Below, one piece after another: positions 49,401-60,379 of a DNA stretch of 64,000 nucleotides (positions are counted from its first letter, which is position 1; each line of letters starts with the position of its first letter). A program made the translations under genes and the position numbers. The notes beneath the pieces were generated by a model. It did not search any database and was not told where the DNA came from. It worked only from the letters and a program-made list of their open reading frames with translations. Source of the DNA: Podarcis erhardii (lineage: Eukaryota); assembly GCA_964252035.1 (NCBI GenBank), contig OZ176205.1; one strand, written 5' to 3'.

Positions 49401-52046
49401 AGCACATTCCTGTGCTGCTGGGGTTACTTGAGAAGCCGTGGGCCATGAGGAAGGAGCACGCACTTTGTCCTTCTGACACTAGAACTGTTCCAGTTTCAGA
49501 TTGAGGGAGGGAACAGTCCACACTTTTAGGGGTGAGCCAACAAGTGGTGTGTTATGGAAGGATTTACATGCATACATACATTTGCTGAACTTATTCTTTC
49601 TAGAGGCATATTTGCCCAGGATTTTCAAGTTTGTGCCTTAGTACGGTATTTGTCAACATTTCGAGGACCCAACTAAGTTTCTAAGTCCATAGTGGTACCA
49701 AAACCGTGACCCACCTTAGATCAGGTTGATATCTAGTAATGGGTCTCAACTCACCACTTAAAGGCTCAGTGGTTTATGGCTTGTGTGTGTGCGTTCAGAT
49801 GACCTCATATACAAATTATGGGAGTTGTGTTCTTTTTTTGGAAGACATACCGTTAAATGGGCTCCATATTCCTAAACTGAACTGGAATCACTCTTACTGA
49901 TCGTTATACTATGCAATTTTTCTGTCTCCCACAAGCATTACTTATTTTCTCTCATTCACACACTCCATTGTTTCGGTACTGTGCCATCCTGCCTTATCAA
50001 AATATTTTTCATTTTGGCATGTTAGAAAAGTGACAGCTGGGTCAGAGATGCAGACATGAATAGACATAAGGAAGGGCCAGGATCTGTGTGGTGAATAAAC
50101 GCCTCTCCCAGGATCTGCTCCCTTTTGTTTCCTAATCTTCAGCATAAAACTGCCATAACCATGTGCTCTGTCTGAGTGTGACCAGCCCTTCCCCCAACCC
50201 GAGCAAAGACTGAAGTCTCTTCTTCTAAATAACCTTTTACGTTGCTGGACCTGCACCCTAAGAGTTCCATGCATTAGTCTGCCTTGGATCTCAGTGCTGC
50301 TATTTCCCAGTGTCTAGTTACAGATCTGTCTGTAATACTTATCTGTTCCTTTATTGTCTGTGTTGCTTAGCTCCCCTTAATCTCTGTCAGAATGCAAAAA
50401 ATCTGTGTGTCCGGTTTCAGTGTCGCTCACAGTACTTTTAATAACTTTGTGTTCCCTTTGATTTCAGTTATCAGAAACTGCACGGCTGGGTTTTCCTGTA
50501 TCATGCTCAGTGGCAGGCTCATAATGGATTGTTCCTCCAAAGATGAATTTGCAGTAGCTGAATTTGCCTAGTTCTTCCAAGCCTCTTCTCCCTGAATATC
50601 CTTTTTCATTTGTTTTTGTTTTGTTATTGGCCCTACAACTTCAGGAGATACATTTTGTTCACTTGCTAATGGTTTGAACACACTGGCTCCTTGGTAGTTA
50701 CAAATCTTGGTAGTTACAAAATTAACTATATACCAAATAAATCTGCAAGTTATACAAAGATTATTTGATTGCTTGATCGACTGTGAAAGCAAACCCCCAC
50801 ACAGTATAAGCAGAATAAGAGCTTATGTAGATCTTGTTGCTGATAGAAGGTTAGATACTCTATTCTAATTAAAATAATTTCCAGCAGCATAATATAGAAC
50901 AGAATAAGGGATGTTGGTGGTCTGTAGGAAAAGAGCCATAGATATAAATAGATATGTGACCTGAGTATGTTTTCCTTCATGGCTGTATGATTCTCATGCC
51001 TAGAACACTTTTATTCTCAAAATATTAACAGATTTTGTCTTCAATATTTAACAAAACCTTTCTCTGAATTATACCCTTTTATTTTTAAAGCCAAATCTGG
51101 AGTTTTGAGGAATCTGAAAGACAACACCTGATTCTCTGCTGGAAGCTTGCAGCAGTACAATAAGCCATTGTGTCTCAGGATAACAGTGGCCTATTGGTTT
51201 AGACTGAGGTTTCAAGAGTCCATGGAATCTCCAGTTTGAATCAAGCAGGCAGTTTCCCTCCTTTTAAACATATTATGCACGTGCCTCATCCCTGATTGGC
51301 ATGACCACACAAAAAGGCCATTTGTAGTTGTTTCCACATGCACATCTAGAACTAGTACTGTGGCATTTTTTCAAGTGTCAACATTGGGCCTGCTACACTG
51401 GGCCCAAATGCAGATACATTTGCTGCCCAGCGTCCTGCACTCTGGGGGAGCAGTCAATGGAGCACAGCTGCTGATGGGCTGCATTCCAGATGTTTGCAGT
51501 CTCCTGCGTGATTTACTTACACTACAGTTTGCCTAATGATGTTGAATTCTCGGGAATGACAGTTACTGTGGTCTCCATTTGTACTCTGGGGCTGTTGTGC
51601 ATGATCATATGAACTATAAAGGAGATTATTCCAGAATGCAACACTTGTGGATTATGGTTTATATCTCTAGATATAGCCAGTAGGGAACCTTTTTGAACCT
51701 GAGAGCCATTTAATTTAATGAAGAGAGGTTGCATGCTAGTAGTGGATTGAGCAGAGGCGCAAAGTGAATGACGCAACATATAAGACTTTCGTACAGAGGC
51801 CTACATTCCAGCCATGAAAAAACTAATAGGTTTCTACACCCCCCACCCCCTACCTTTCCATCTGCTGCTGCATTATCACACTCCAGCCAGGCAAAACCAC
51901 CTGAGAAGGGTGCAGAGCAGGGCTGGTGTGGGTGTGGCCTGGGGAGAAGGGATATAGACAAAGGATAATGCTAAGGGCTCATGGGGCATATTTGCCTCCT
52001 GGACCTGAGGTCCCCAAACTGATGTTATAACACTTAGTAGAAAGAA

Positions 52047-52136
52047 TCAACTTGATTTCAACTGTGTCTGAAGTTTGTTAACTGCAGCTTACTAACCAAG
52101 ACCAACAAACTTCAGACACAGTTGAAATCAAGTTGA
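52047..52136. repeat. Perfect 33-bp inverted repeat with 24-nt spacer
   Basis: tcaacttgatttcaactgtgtctgaagtttgtt (52047-79) / aacaaacttcagacacagttgaaatcaagttga (52104-36), checked base by base. Confidence 0.97.
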
Positions 52137-52894
52137 CTGTCAACCATATTCCTCAGGATTCAATTTTTTTAAGTCACCCCCTCACCCACATTCACATTGT
52201 GTATCTGCTAGTAAATTAATTGGTTCCAGGAATGTTAGCATGGTCGCGTGTGTGAGGTCACATAGAACATATATGTCTAAGTATTGTAACAATAGAAATC
52301 AATATTTTGTAACTGTGCTGCTCAGCTCTGAAGATAGGTACCTCTGATGCCATAATTTCACTTTTCAGTGAATATTCTGTGAGAAATAAAAGTAATCTGA
52401 ATCTTAGTTATCTGACAGAACTGCTTCCTCCAAGGCACCATGCGTCATCTCAGTTCAACATAGCTCTTTTAAGCCTCATTCCATTGTAAAAACATATAAT
52501 CATGTTTTAATAGAAATCTTACTGTAGTAAGTTGGACCAAAAGTCCCTTTTACCCTGTAGTGGCTGCATTTTCTGGCAGCTGCTTTTCATGATCACTCAG
52601 GCAAATACATTTCCCAGCTCTGCTACTGTTTCTTTTACCAGGATACTAGAAATTGAGCTCATGGCAACTATTGAACACATTCAGGTCTATGAATATCATT
52701 TGGTGCTTTAATAGAATACCTTAAAGAGATTTGTTTGGCAGGTATTGTTTTGTATTAATGTTTTACAAATGCATAGCAGAATATCAGCCCTGCTTCTCCA
52801 CAATAGGAGAAGCAGTGAGAAGCAGTGACCATGGAGGGATTGTATTCTGTGGCCTTGGCAGTGTGTGTGTGATCAAATGATTCCTATTCTGGAG

Positions 52895-53078
52895 CAGAGC
52901 TTTCCAAACTGTGTGTTGTGACACGTTAGTGTGTCACACGAATGCTCCCTGTGCTCCACCTGGGGATGGAAAGGGGTTAGTTGAACCTCCGGTTTGCTAG
53001 TAAAACTGAATTACTGTGTCACAAAACAATGCATGTCTAAAAAGTGTGTCATCAACATGAAAAGTTTGGAAAGCTCTG
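52895..53078. mobile_element. hAT (Charlie-type) MITE
   Basis: Perfect 16-bp TIRs cagagctttccaaact / agtttggaaagctctg; TSD ttctggag / ttctagag. Confidence 0.92.
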
Positions 53079-55038
53079 TTCTAGAGCCTCAGCACATTTT
53101 AGGCTTCCCAAGGGACACTGATACTGCCTTTCAACCATGGACCATGGCTTGGGTGCTTCAACAATAGGGACTATTACCAGTCTCCTACAAGACTGTACTT
53201 CTCCTTTCCCCTCCCTGTACCTGGCTGCAGAGCTGAAATAGGTTGTTTTGGTCCCCTACTTCTTTTATCCATTCCTGGTGATGGACATGAGCATGTGGTC
53301 TGGGCCTTTAGCCAGATATGCATTACAGCATTTTTTAAAAAAAACCAACCCATGTGATACCAAAAGTGATGACTTTAGTTTTGCTTTAGTGACTTTTGTT
53401 CAAGTTCCCAGTTTTGTGGAATTGCATTCTTAACACCTTCTGTCCAGAAGGCTAGCATCTAAGATGTTTGGTGCTCTTGGAAAGATCAGTACTGCAGTGT
53501 TGTTGTTTTTAAAGCTTTTTGCTGTGATAACCTGTTTGTTGGGATGGTATCTTTTCATATTTGTGAAGAAGACAAAGGAAGTACAGTGCGAAGCACTGAA
53601 CAGTTTTTAAAAACAGTTGGAAAGCATATAAAAGGTTCTGTGTGTGTGAAAAACAGGACAGCTGTGATGGTCTATTGGGAAAGTATGTACAGATGGTGGT
53701 AGGGAGGAGAATGATGACGGCATGGCTGATAAATGAAATACCAAAGAGAGAGAGAGAGAGAATATGCATTATGTTTGTGATCTTTGTAAACAATATATTT
53801 TTGGGGTAGATCAGTAGAATTTTTGGTCTGCCAACCATTTAGCCGGGAAGTAAAACTGTCTGCACATTTTTTTCAGGTCTGGTTTTGTTTACAAGATGAA
53901 GATAGTGTTTAATAAATTGTATGCCTTGTAATTATTAGAGGAGAAAAGTAAACATATGGTTTTCTTCACATTTAGAATGTCATGAGATTGTCATAATGGT
54001 GTCCATAGTCCTCCAAATAAAATTGGCCATGAATTAGTCACAGTAACATGTGGGATTTTTGTAAAACAGATTTGTTTGTTTTGTATTGCAAATAATGGAA
54101 AAGATGAATTAAATTTGTATTTGGCTAATAGTGATACTAGAATTTTGAAAAAGAAAGGATTTTAAAAATAATGAAATCTCTAAAATATATATTTTTTGAT
54201 TATTTAAAATATTTCTCTCCCATCTTTCTAGAAATGTACACATGACGATTATATATGAAAATTACATGCATGTGAAATGTATATATATATATGTGTGTGT
54301 GTGTGCTACAATATAAACTATTGTTTGTACCTCATTCAAAATACCACCTCTGGGACTGAATCAGGATAAAAGGAAAGTTGGCTAATGAAGAAAGAGAGAG
54401 AAAGTTGCATGGGTTCCAATGCTTTACATATATTTTTAAAAGGACACCTGATATTCTGAATCAAAATTCCTTACCCTACCCAGATGCTGTGAAGACTGTA
54501 TCTACAAGATGGCCAGGTGCTCAATATTGTCCTGCCCATTCATGAAGATCTTTAAACTTTTCTCTCCTTTAGTTGTAAGTCACTGGCAGGGGTCTATTGT
54601 ATATTGTGTAGAATAATTGCAGACATCTCAGAAACCAATAGTAAGTACCACTAGACTTTTCTCAGAAATGGCATAAAGCTTCTGTCCTAATGCCCTTTTG
54701 TTGACCTTGCCTGACTCCACAATTTCAATTATCAGTTATCTACATGTGTATTGACAAAGTTCAAAAATGGGTTATATATTGCTAATTAAGATGTTGATTG
54801 TCACACAGTCATTCTCCTGATCAGCCAATCAATGCATATATTTGTATATTGCTTTTCCATATGAAAAATTCACTCATGGCAGTTCACAGCAAAAGTAAAA
54901 CCCTATGCCACCTCCAAGGGTTGGGGAAAACCCCAGGACAGTATTCTTTGCTTGTGAGTTATGGACTCAAGATCAGGCCTGGATGGTTTCTTGCTTATCC
55001 CTTCTAATAATTATTTTGCTTTGCTAGCTTTTGAAACA

Positions 55039-55100
55039 TGGTCCCTTCTAACTCTACAATTCTATGGTCCCTTCTAACTCTACAATTCTACGGTTCTAAG
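55039..55100 (+). mobile_element. Extremely truncated CR1/SINE tail, tandemly duplicated
   Basis: tggtcccttctaactctacaattcta x2 (55039-64, 55065-90), then cggttctaag. Confidence 0.8.
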
Positions 55101-55138
55101 TCTTGTGCATTGCAAGCCTTTGAACGTCTGCTTAGAAA

Positions 55139-55269
55139 AGGGATAGCCAACATGTGCTGTCCATATGTTTTGGCCTACAGCTCCCATCAGCCTCTTGCCA
55201 GCATGCCAATGAGCAGGAACAATGGGAACTGTAGTCCATAAATCTGAAGGCACCACCTTGGCCACCCGT
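55139..55269. mobile_element. Palindromic hAT-type MITE
   Basis: TSD cttagaaa / cttagaag; ctacagctcccatc / gggaactgtagtcc arms. Confidence 0.72.
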
Positions 55270-56102
55270 CTTAGAAGTAATCACCCATTTCCATGATCAG
55301 TTGTGTATAGGATTTAAGCTTCCATTTTTGTTAGCAAATGCGTAGTTAGTCCTATTTTATAATAGCATATTTTCAGCTAGGCAGGAAAAACAGAATTTTC
55401 CCCGTAGTCCAAAACAAAATCACTGCAGACGGCCTTTCTTCAGTTCTCCTTTTCAGTCCATTACTTGGTGCCTCTGTGCACAGTTGCAGATATGATCAGC
55501 AGATGAAAGCATTTTCCTTAATAATAAATAGGCTCTAGTTACGCTGCACCTTTCTACAAACAAACATTCTGTCCTACCGCATTATGAGATCCAGTGATGT
55601 CATCTTATTTGTCTTCTGTTTCCTCTCTGTGTTTTGCTTCAGAGTGAGTTGCTCTACAATAGCATATTTCCAGCCCCCTGCCTTACACCTGGAGATTGAT
55701 TGCTTTTGTTTTAGATTGGAACGCATCCAGAATTGCATAGCCTTGCCTGCCAACATGGCAGTTCATTATACTAATGCATCAGCTTTAATGTTTTGACTTT
55801 CTGATCTCTGGTACTTTGAGTTCAAGTCAGAGATATGTGCAAGTTCAGAGCAAGATGCTGAGTTTCAGTTATGGAGGGTCTAATTTTCCCGCTAACTTTA
55901 TGGTTCATATGCAAAAAAGTGCACATAGGATAAAAAATATTTTCTTAGCCCATGAAAGTTGGGTTTTAAAATGTCAGTCTGGTAGGTAGGCTAAACGGGA
56001 TGAATGATGTAGCTGTTCCACACGTCACAGTTTTACTATTCATTCTGCATCAGTCAGCCAGTCCTACTTGTGCAAATGGAAAATGAAACAAGTTCTTAAC
56101 AG

Positions 56103-56231
56103 CAGGGATGGGGAAACTGTGGCGTTCCAGATCTTGTTAGACTTTATCTTGCATTAGCCTCAGCCAACAGTCAGGAATGATGGGAATTATAGTTCAGCAA
56201 AATCTGGAGGGCCACAGGATACCCACGTCTA
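56103..56231. mobile_element. Palindromic hAT-type MITE
   Basis: cagggatggggaaactgtgg ... atctggagggccacagg. Confidence 0.72.
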
Positions 56232-56354
56232 AAAGAATAACCTGTCCACTGGAGTGTCATATGAACCTTCATTTATTACAATTTGCCTTTGTCCAGAAGC
56301 ATAAATTAACACACAAATGTTTATAAGTTTTCCAAAACTCTTGTCACGATAAAC

Positions 56355-56492
56355 CAAGGACGGGGGATCTGTAGCCCTCCAGATGTTGGACTACAGTTTC
56401 CAGCATCCCTGACCATTGCCCATGCTGCTGCTGCCTGAGGTTGTTGGGAGTTCAAGTCTAGCATTTGTAGGGCCACAGGTTGCCCATTCTTC
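56355..56492. mobile_element. Palindromic hAT-type MITE
   Basis: gccctccagatgttggactac ... gggccacaggttgccc. Confidence 0.72.
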
Positions 56493-56708
56493 TAATGAAC
56501 GTAGGTGCAGTCCACGTAAGTTCCCTGAAGACAACTATGAAACAATGGGATTGCATGTTTAGATAATACTTCTGTCTGTTTATAAAGTCCTCATTATTCT
56601 TATATGCAGTTAAGGTGAAGTGCAACTGTTATCTTTTTATGCAGCTGAAAAACATCTATCCTTTTGCATTTTTTTAGAACAGTTAAAGTGAGGGAACATC
56701 CAATAATA

Positions 56709-56844
56709 CAGGCATGGCCAAACTTGGCCCTCCAGCTGTTTTGGAACTACAACTCCCATCATCCCTAGCTAACAGGACCAGTGGTCAGGGATGATGGGAA
56801 TTGTAGTCCCAGAACAGCTGGGGGGCCAAGTTTGGCCATGCCTG
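56709..56844. mobile_element. Young palindromic hAT MITE
   Basis: 58-bp inverted arms (4 mismatches) starting caggcatggccaaacttgg; TSD caataata / caataaga. Confidence 0.93.
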
Positions 56845-57591
56845 CAATAAGAAGAACGTGCATGGCAACTGCTGAAAAACTGTTTATTATTCCAGCACAA
56901 CAGTTTTCTAAAAGTAAGCTGCAGTTGGAAAGAGGGGTAGAATAAAACAACCAATAAAACAGTGAGAAAGAATAATTACTCCCTACAAATTTGTTCCAAA
57001 TATCTGTTACAAAATATTACCAAGGTTGTGTAGAAGAAGCATTGTGATTTTTTAAACTCAAGCAGGTCTTAGATCATTTATTTTTATTACAGAACAGCCC
57101 CATCAATTAATTTTAACTTCAGCAAAGAAAATATTCCAGTATTTTTTTGTAATTTATTTTGTACTGAATAAGCTTTAACATTGTTTGGTAGACACAAAAC
57201 TCTTTGGGACATATAATGGTTTATTCAAACAATATTTTGTTACTAGTCCACATTAGTTTGTGGCTGATAGCCAAAGTTCTAAAATGCTTCTAGATAAGGT
57301 CTGGTCTATGATACAGTAGAAAGTGATTCAGCTACAAACTGAAGGTGAGAGTTGTTGAATGTTCCCCATATAAACAGTTTTCTGCAGTTAGAAAACTAGC
57401 ATAGTTGGGAGAGCACTGTGATAGAACCCTGCTCCTTTACATACTAATTTGTTGCAGGGAATTTCACACATAAGGAAGCATTAAAAATGGTCTATCTTCT
57501 TCAGGTAAAATGATACTATCATGTCATCTGCTGCACGTGAAAACCACATCTCAAATTATCACACACTGATGCGTAAGAGATAGATTAGATT

Positions 57592-57677
57592 TAGTGGAAG
57601 ACAGGAGTGCCTGGCGTGCTCTGGTCCATGGGGTCACAAAGAGTCGGACACGACTAAATGACTAAACAACAACAACA
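57592..57677 (+). mobile_element. BovB (RTE) LINE 3' tail
   Basis: gacaggagtgcctggcgtgctctggtccatggggtcacaaagagtcggacacgactaaatgactaaacaacaacaac. Confidence 0.88.
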
Positions 57678-57830
57678 TGCAGGTTTAATTTGTCTCACTG
57701 TACTAACTAAGTTTATGTCTTGACCTTCAAAATGTTTCTGAACAAGGGAAGATATCTAGTCCTTTGTAGGTGGGAATATGCCTATTAATATTTAGCTGTG
57801 TAGCAGAAATGTTTGTATAGAAAACAATTA

Positions 57831-58039
57831 CAGTGGTACCTCGGGTTACAGACGCTTCAGGTTACAGACTCCGCTAACCCAGAAATAGAACTTCGGGTTA
57901 AGAACTTTGCTTCAGGATGAGAACAGAAATTGTGCTCCAGTGGCGCGGAGGCAGCAGGAGGCCTCATTAGCTAAAGTGGTGCTTCAGGTTAAGAATGGAC
58001 CTCTGGAACAAATTAAGTACTTAACCCAAGGTACCACTG
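57831..58039 (+). mobile_element. Tigger/pogo-type MITE, family A copy 4
   Basis: TA|cagtggtacctc ... aggtaccactg|TA; 209 bp, lacks one internal repeat unit. Confidence 0.93.
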
Positions 58040-58554
58040 TAAAGCCTAAGGACTGGTTACGTTCCTTAGCATAGTTGCTGTCAGTTGTTGATTCCCAGAA
58101 ACATGCCATATCATGTGTGACTAGCTACTGATGAGTGTATTTTGCATTGTATTGGTTCTCTGACTGGAGAGTAATGTTAGTATGAATCCTCAACACTCTG
58201 GATCTACCCCAGAAATGAGTCGCTGAGGAGGCTAGTTATGGTGGCAGCTGGGATGTTCTGCAAAATTATCAAGTGCAGTTTTCTCTTATAAAGGATCTAG
58301 TAGAACTTGTCAACATAATTACAAGGTCATCATCCATGGAACTGTGAAACTGGTTCATAAGCTTAATGGGTTTTAGCCTCACACTCCAACGCCACAGTTA
58401 TAGAGAGTTTCAAAATAAGCTTCTGAGATGTTAGAATCAGTTGTTAAAGGTCAAAAATGTCATTTTACAATACATTTGTGAGTCTAGCAGCTCTTGGTAT
58501 CCTGGCCAGGATTTCTCCGATGAATAAGCCACCTTTCTGAAAAATGGGATCCTT

Positions 58555-58995
58555 CTGGATTAGATGGACCTATCCTGTTGGATCAGACCAGAGACCCATC
58601 TAGTATTCTATTTTCACACTGGCTAACCACATGCCTATGGGAACCCTTTTCCCACTACTGATCTTCAGCATCTGGTGTTCAGAGAGATATCTCTCTTCTA
58701 ATGTTGAAGGTAGTATCCAACCATGATGATTAGTAGTCATTGACTGCCTTATTATCAATGAAGTTGTCTAAACCCCTTTGAAAGCTGGTGGCCATAGATG
58801 TATCTGGTGTTAGTGAACTCCACTTTCATTTTGTCTGCCCTCAATTTTCCAGCACTCATATTCATTTAATGTCCCCAGGTTTTTGTATTAGGGCAGAGGA
58901 AATGCTGCTGTCTATCTATTTTTTCATGCTGTTCGTAATTTTATACAGATTCATCTTCTCACTGTTTTTTCTAAATTAAAAAGGACTCAACTGTA
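58555..58995 (-). mobile_element. Decayed CR1 LINE 3' portion
   Basis: ctgttggatcagaccagagacccatctag...gaagttgtctaaacccctttgaaag...aattttatacag...ttttctaaattaaaaagg resemble the reverse CR1 ORF2 end and 3'UTR. Confidence 0.65.
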
Positions 58996-59540
58996 CTTTT
59001 GTTCATCCTGTGAAAGAGTGGAAGTGGTTAGTCTTTTAAAAAAGAAAAAGAAAGTGGGGTGTAAAATACCAGAATAGTGATTACCATGTGTATAATTTGT
59101 GGTGTTGTAATCTAAAGGTAACTTTGAATATATGGTCTCTCCCATGCATGTTCTGCTGCAGAAATAATAGCATTGACTGTTGATGGAGGTCTTGCCTTCC
59201 AAGGAGCTTAATGGGAGAGTGGAATGAGGTGGTTTTGGCATGCTACTTATTTGGATAATCAGAAGTTTTATACAAACCAGAAGTGCTGCTTGCATAGTGT
59301 ACATAGGCTGACATACTGGGAAATGCCTTGTGAATTCAGATAATGTAAGCATTTTGGGCAATCACATTTTTGACAACGGTTGCATTTCTGCAGTTGAATA
59401 GCTGGTGCAAGGAAAAACATGGTGTGGACGTTATACGGCTGTTCTCTCTAAACCACAAATTTTTCACCATCTAGTTCACCAAAGATAAAGGCAAGCAATG
59501 GTTTTAGACCAAAGGAATGTTAGTGTTAGCTTAAACATTA

Positions 59541-59735
59541 GGAGGAGCTTCCTGATCACTTTAACTATTGAATAGGCTGCTAAGCAAGGCATTTTGTGGG
59601 CGTCTTTCATATGAACCTCAATTGAGGCTGAAGAGAAGAAGAGAAAAGATATTTGGCATTCAAGTCTCAGAGGAAGAGACATCTTGCAAGAATTGGACAA
59701 GTTGGACTGCTCCCTTGAGGCCTTTTCTGCCCTGC
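59541..59735 (+). mobile_element. Decayed CR1 3' end
   Basis: aggaggagcttcctga...aggctgc...gttggactgctcccttgaggcc parallels the CR1 at 13060-13250. Confidence 0.5.
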
Positions 59736-60344
59736 CAATGGAGAATTGCTTCACAATTACCTTATGATGAAATCAGTTATGGAGGGCTGGACTGTTTTAT
59801 CTGTTAAGGAAGCCTGAAAAAGTGGGCTTCTTCATCTCATAATGTCAAGGGAGCTAATTCCTTGTCAGATCCAGTCATACACACCATCTCACAGGTGCAG
59901 CCAGACAGTTGTTTGATTGTACCTATGTAAAAGTGAGTATAATTTAACTTTTGATTAACTACTTTCATACATCAGTGCACACACATAACATACATATAGC
60001 ATTTTTGAGAGAACTATATGAAGACTATTAATGTTCACTTCCTCTTCAGGAATGAAACATGGAATTATATATCAAGTATTGATCCACAAAAAGGATTTTC
60101 ATTTTATTTATATTTTAAAAGTGCTTCTAATTGAGGCACTGTGGTAATTGAATCTCAACTTTTTTAGAGCCTAAACTTTTTAGATTCTAACCACAGTTAG
60201 CAATCAAAGTGTTTTCTAAAATTATTTTGTTATGTGATACAATAAATCCCACAAAAGGAAGATGAAACAATATGTCTTAATATATATGTTACTCTTAAAT
60301 ATTCTTACAGTGGAATGCAGTTTAAGGACATTCTTTAGTTGAAC

Positions 60345-60348
<4 letters not shown>

Positions 60349-60376
<28 letters not shown>
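60349..60376. repeat. (AG)14 microsatellite
   Basis: Direct reading. Confidence 0.92.

Positions 60377-60379
<3 letters not shown>

Noticed and set aside
51676-52021. Possible decayed hAT element (gccagtagggaacc ... ggtccccaaactg)
   Set aside because: Termini too degenerate and no convincing TSD.
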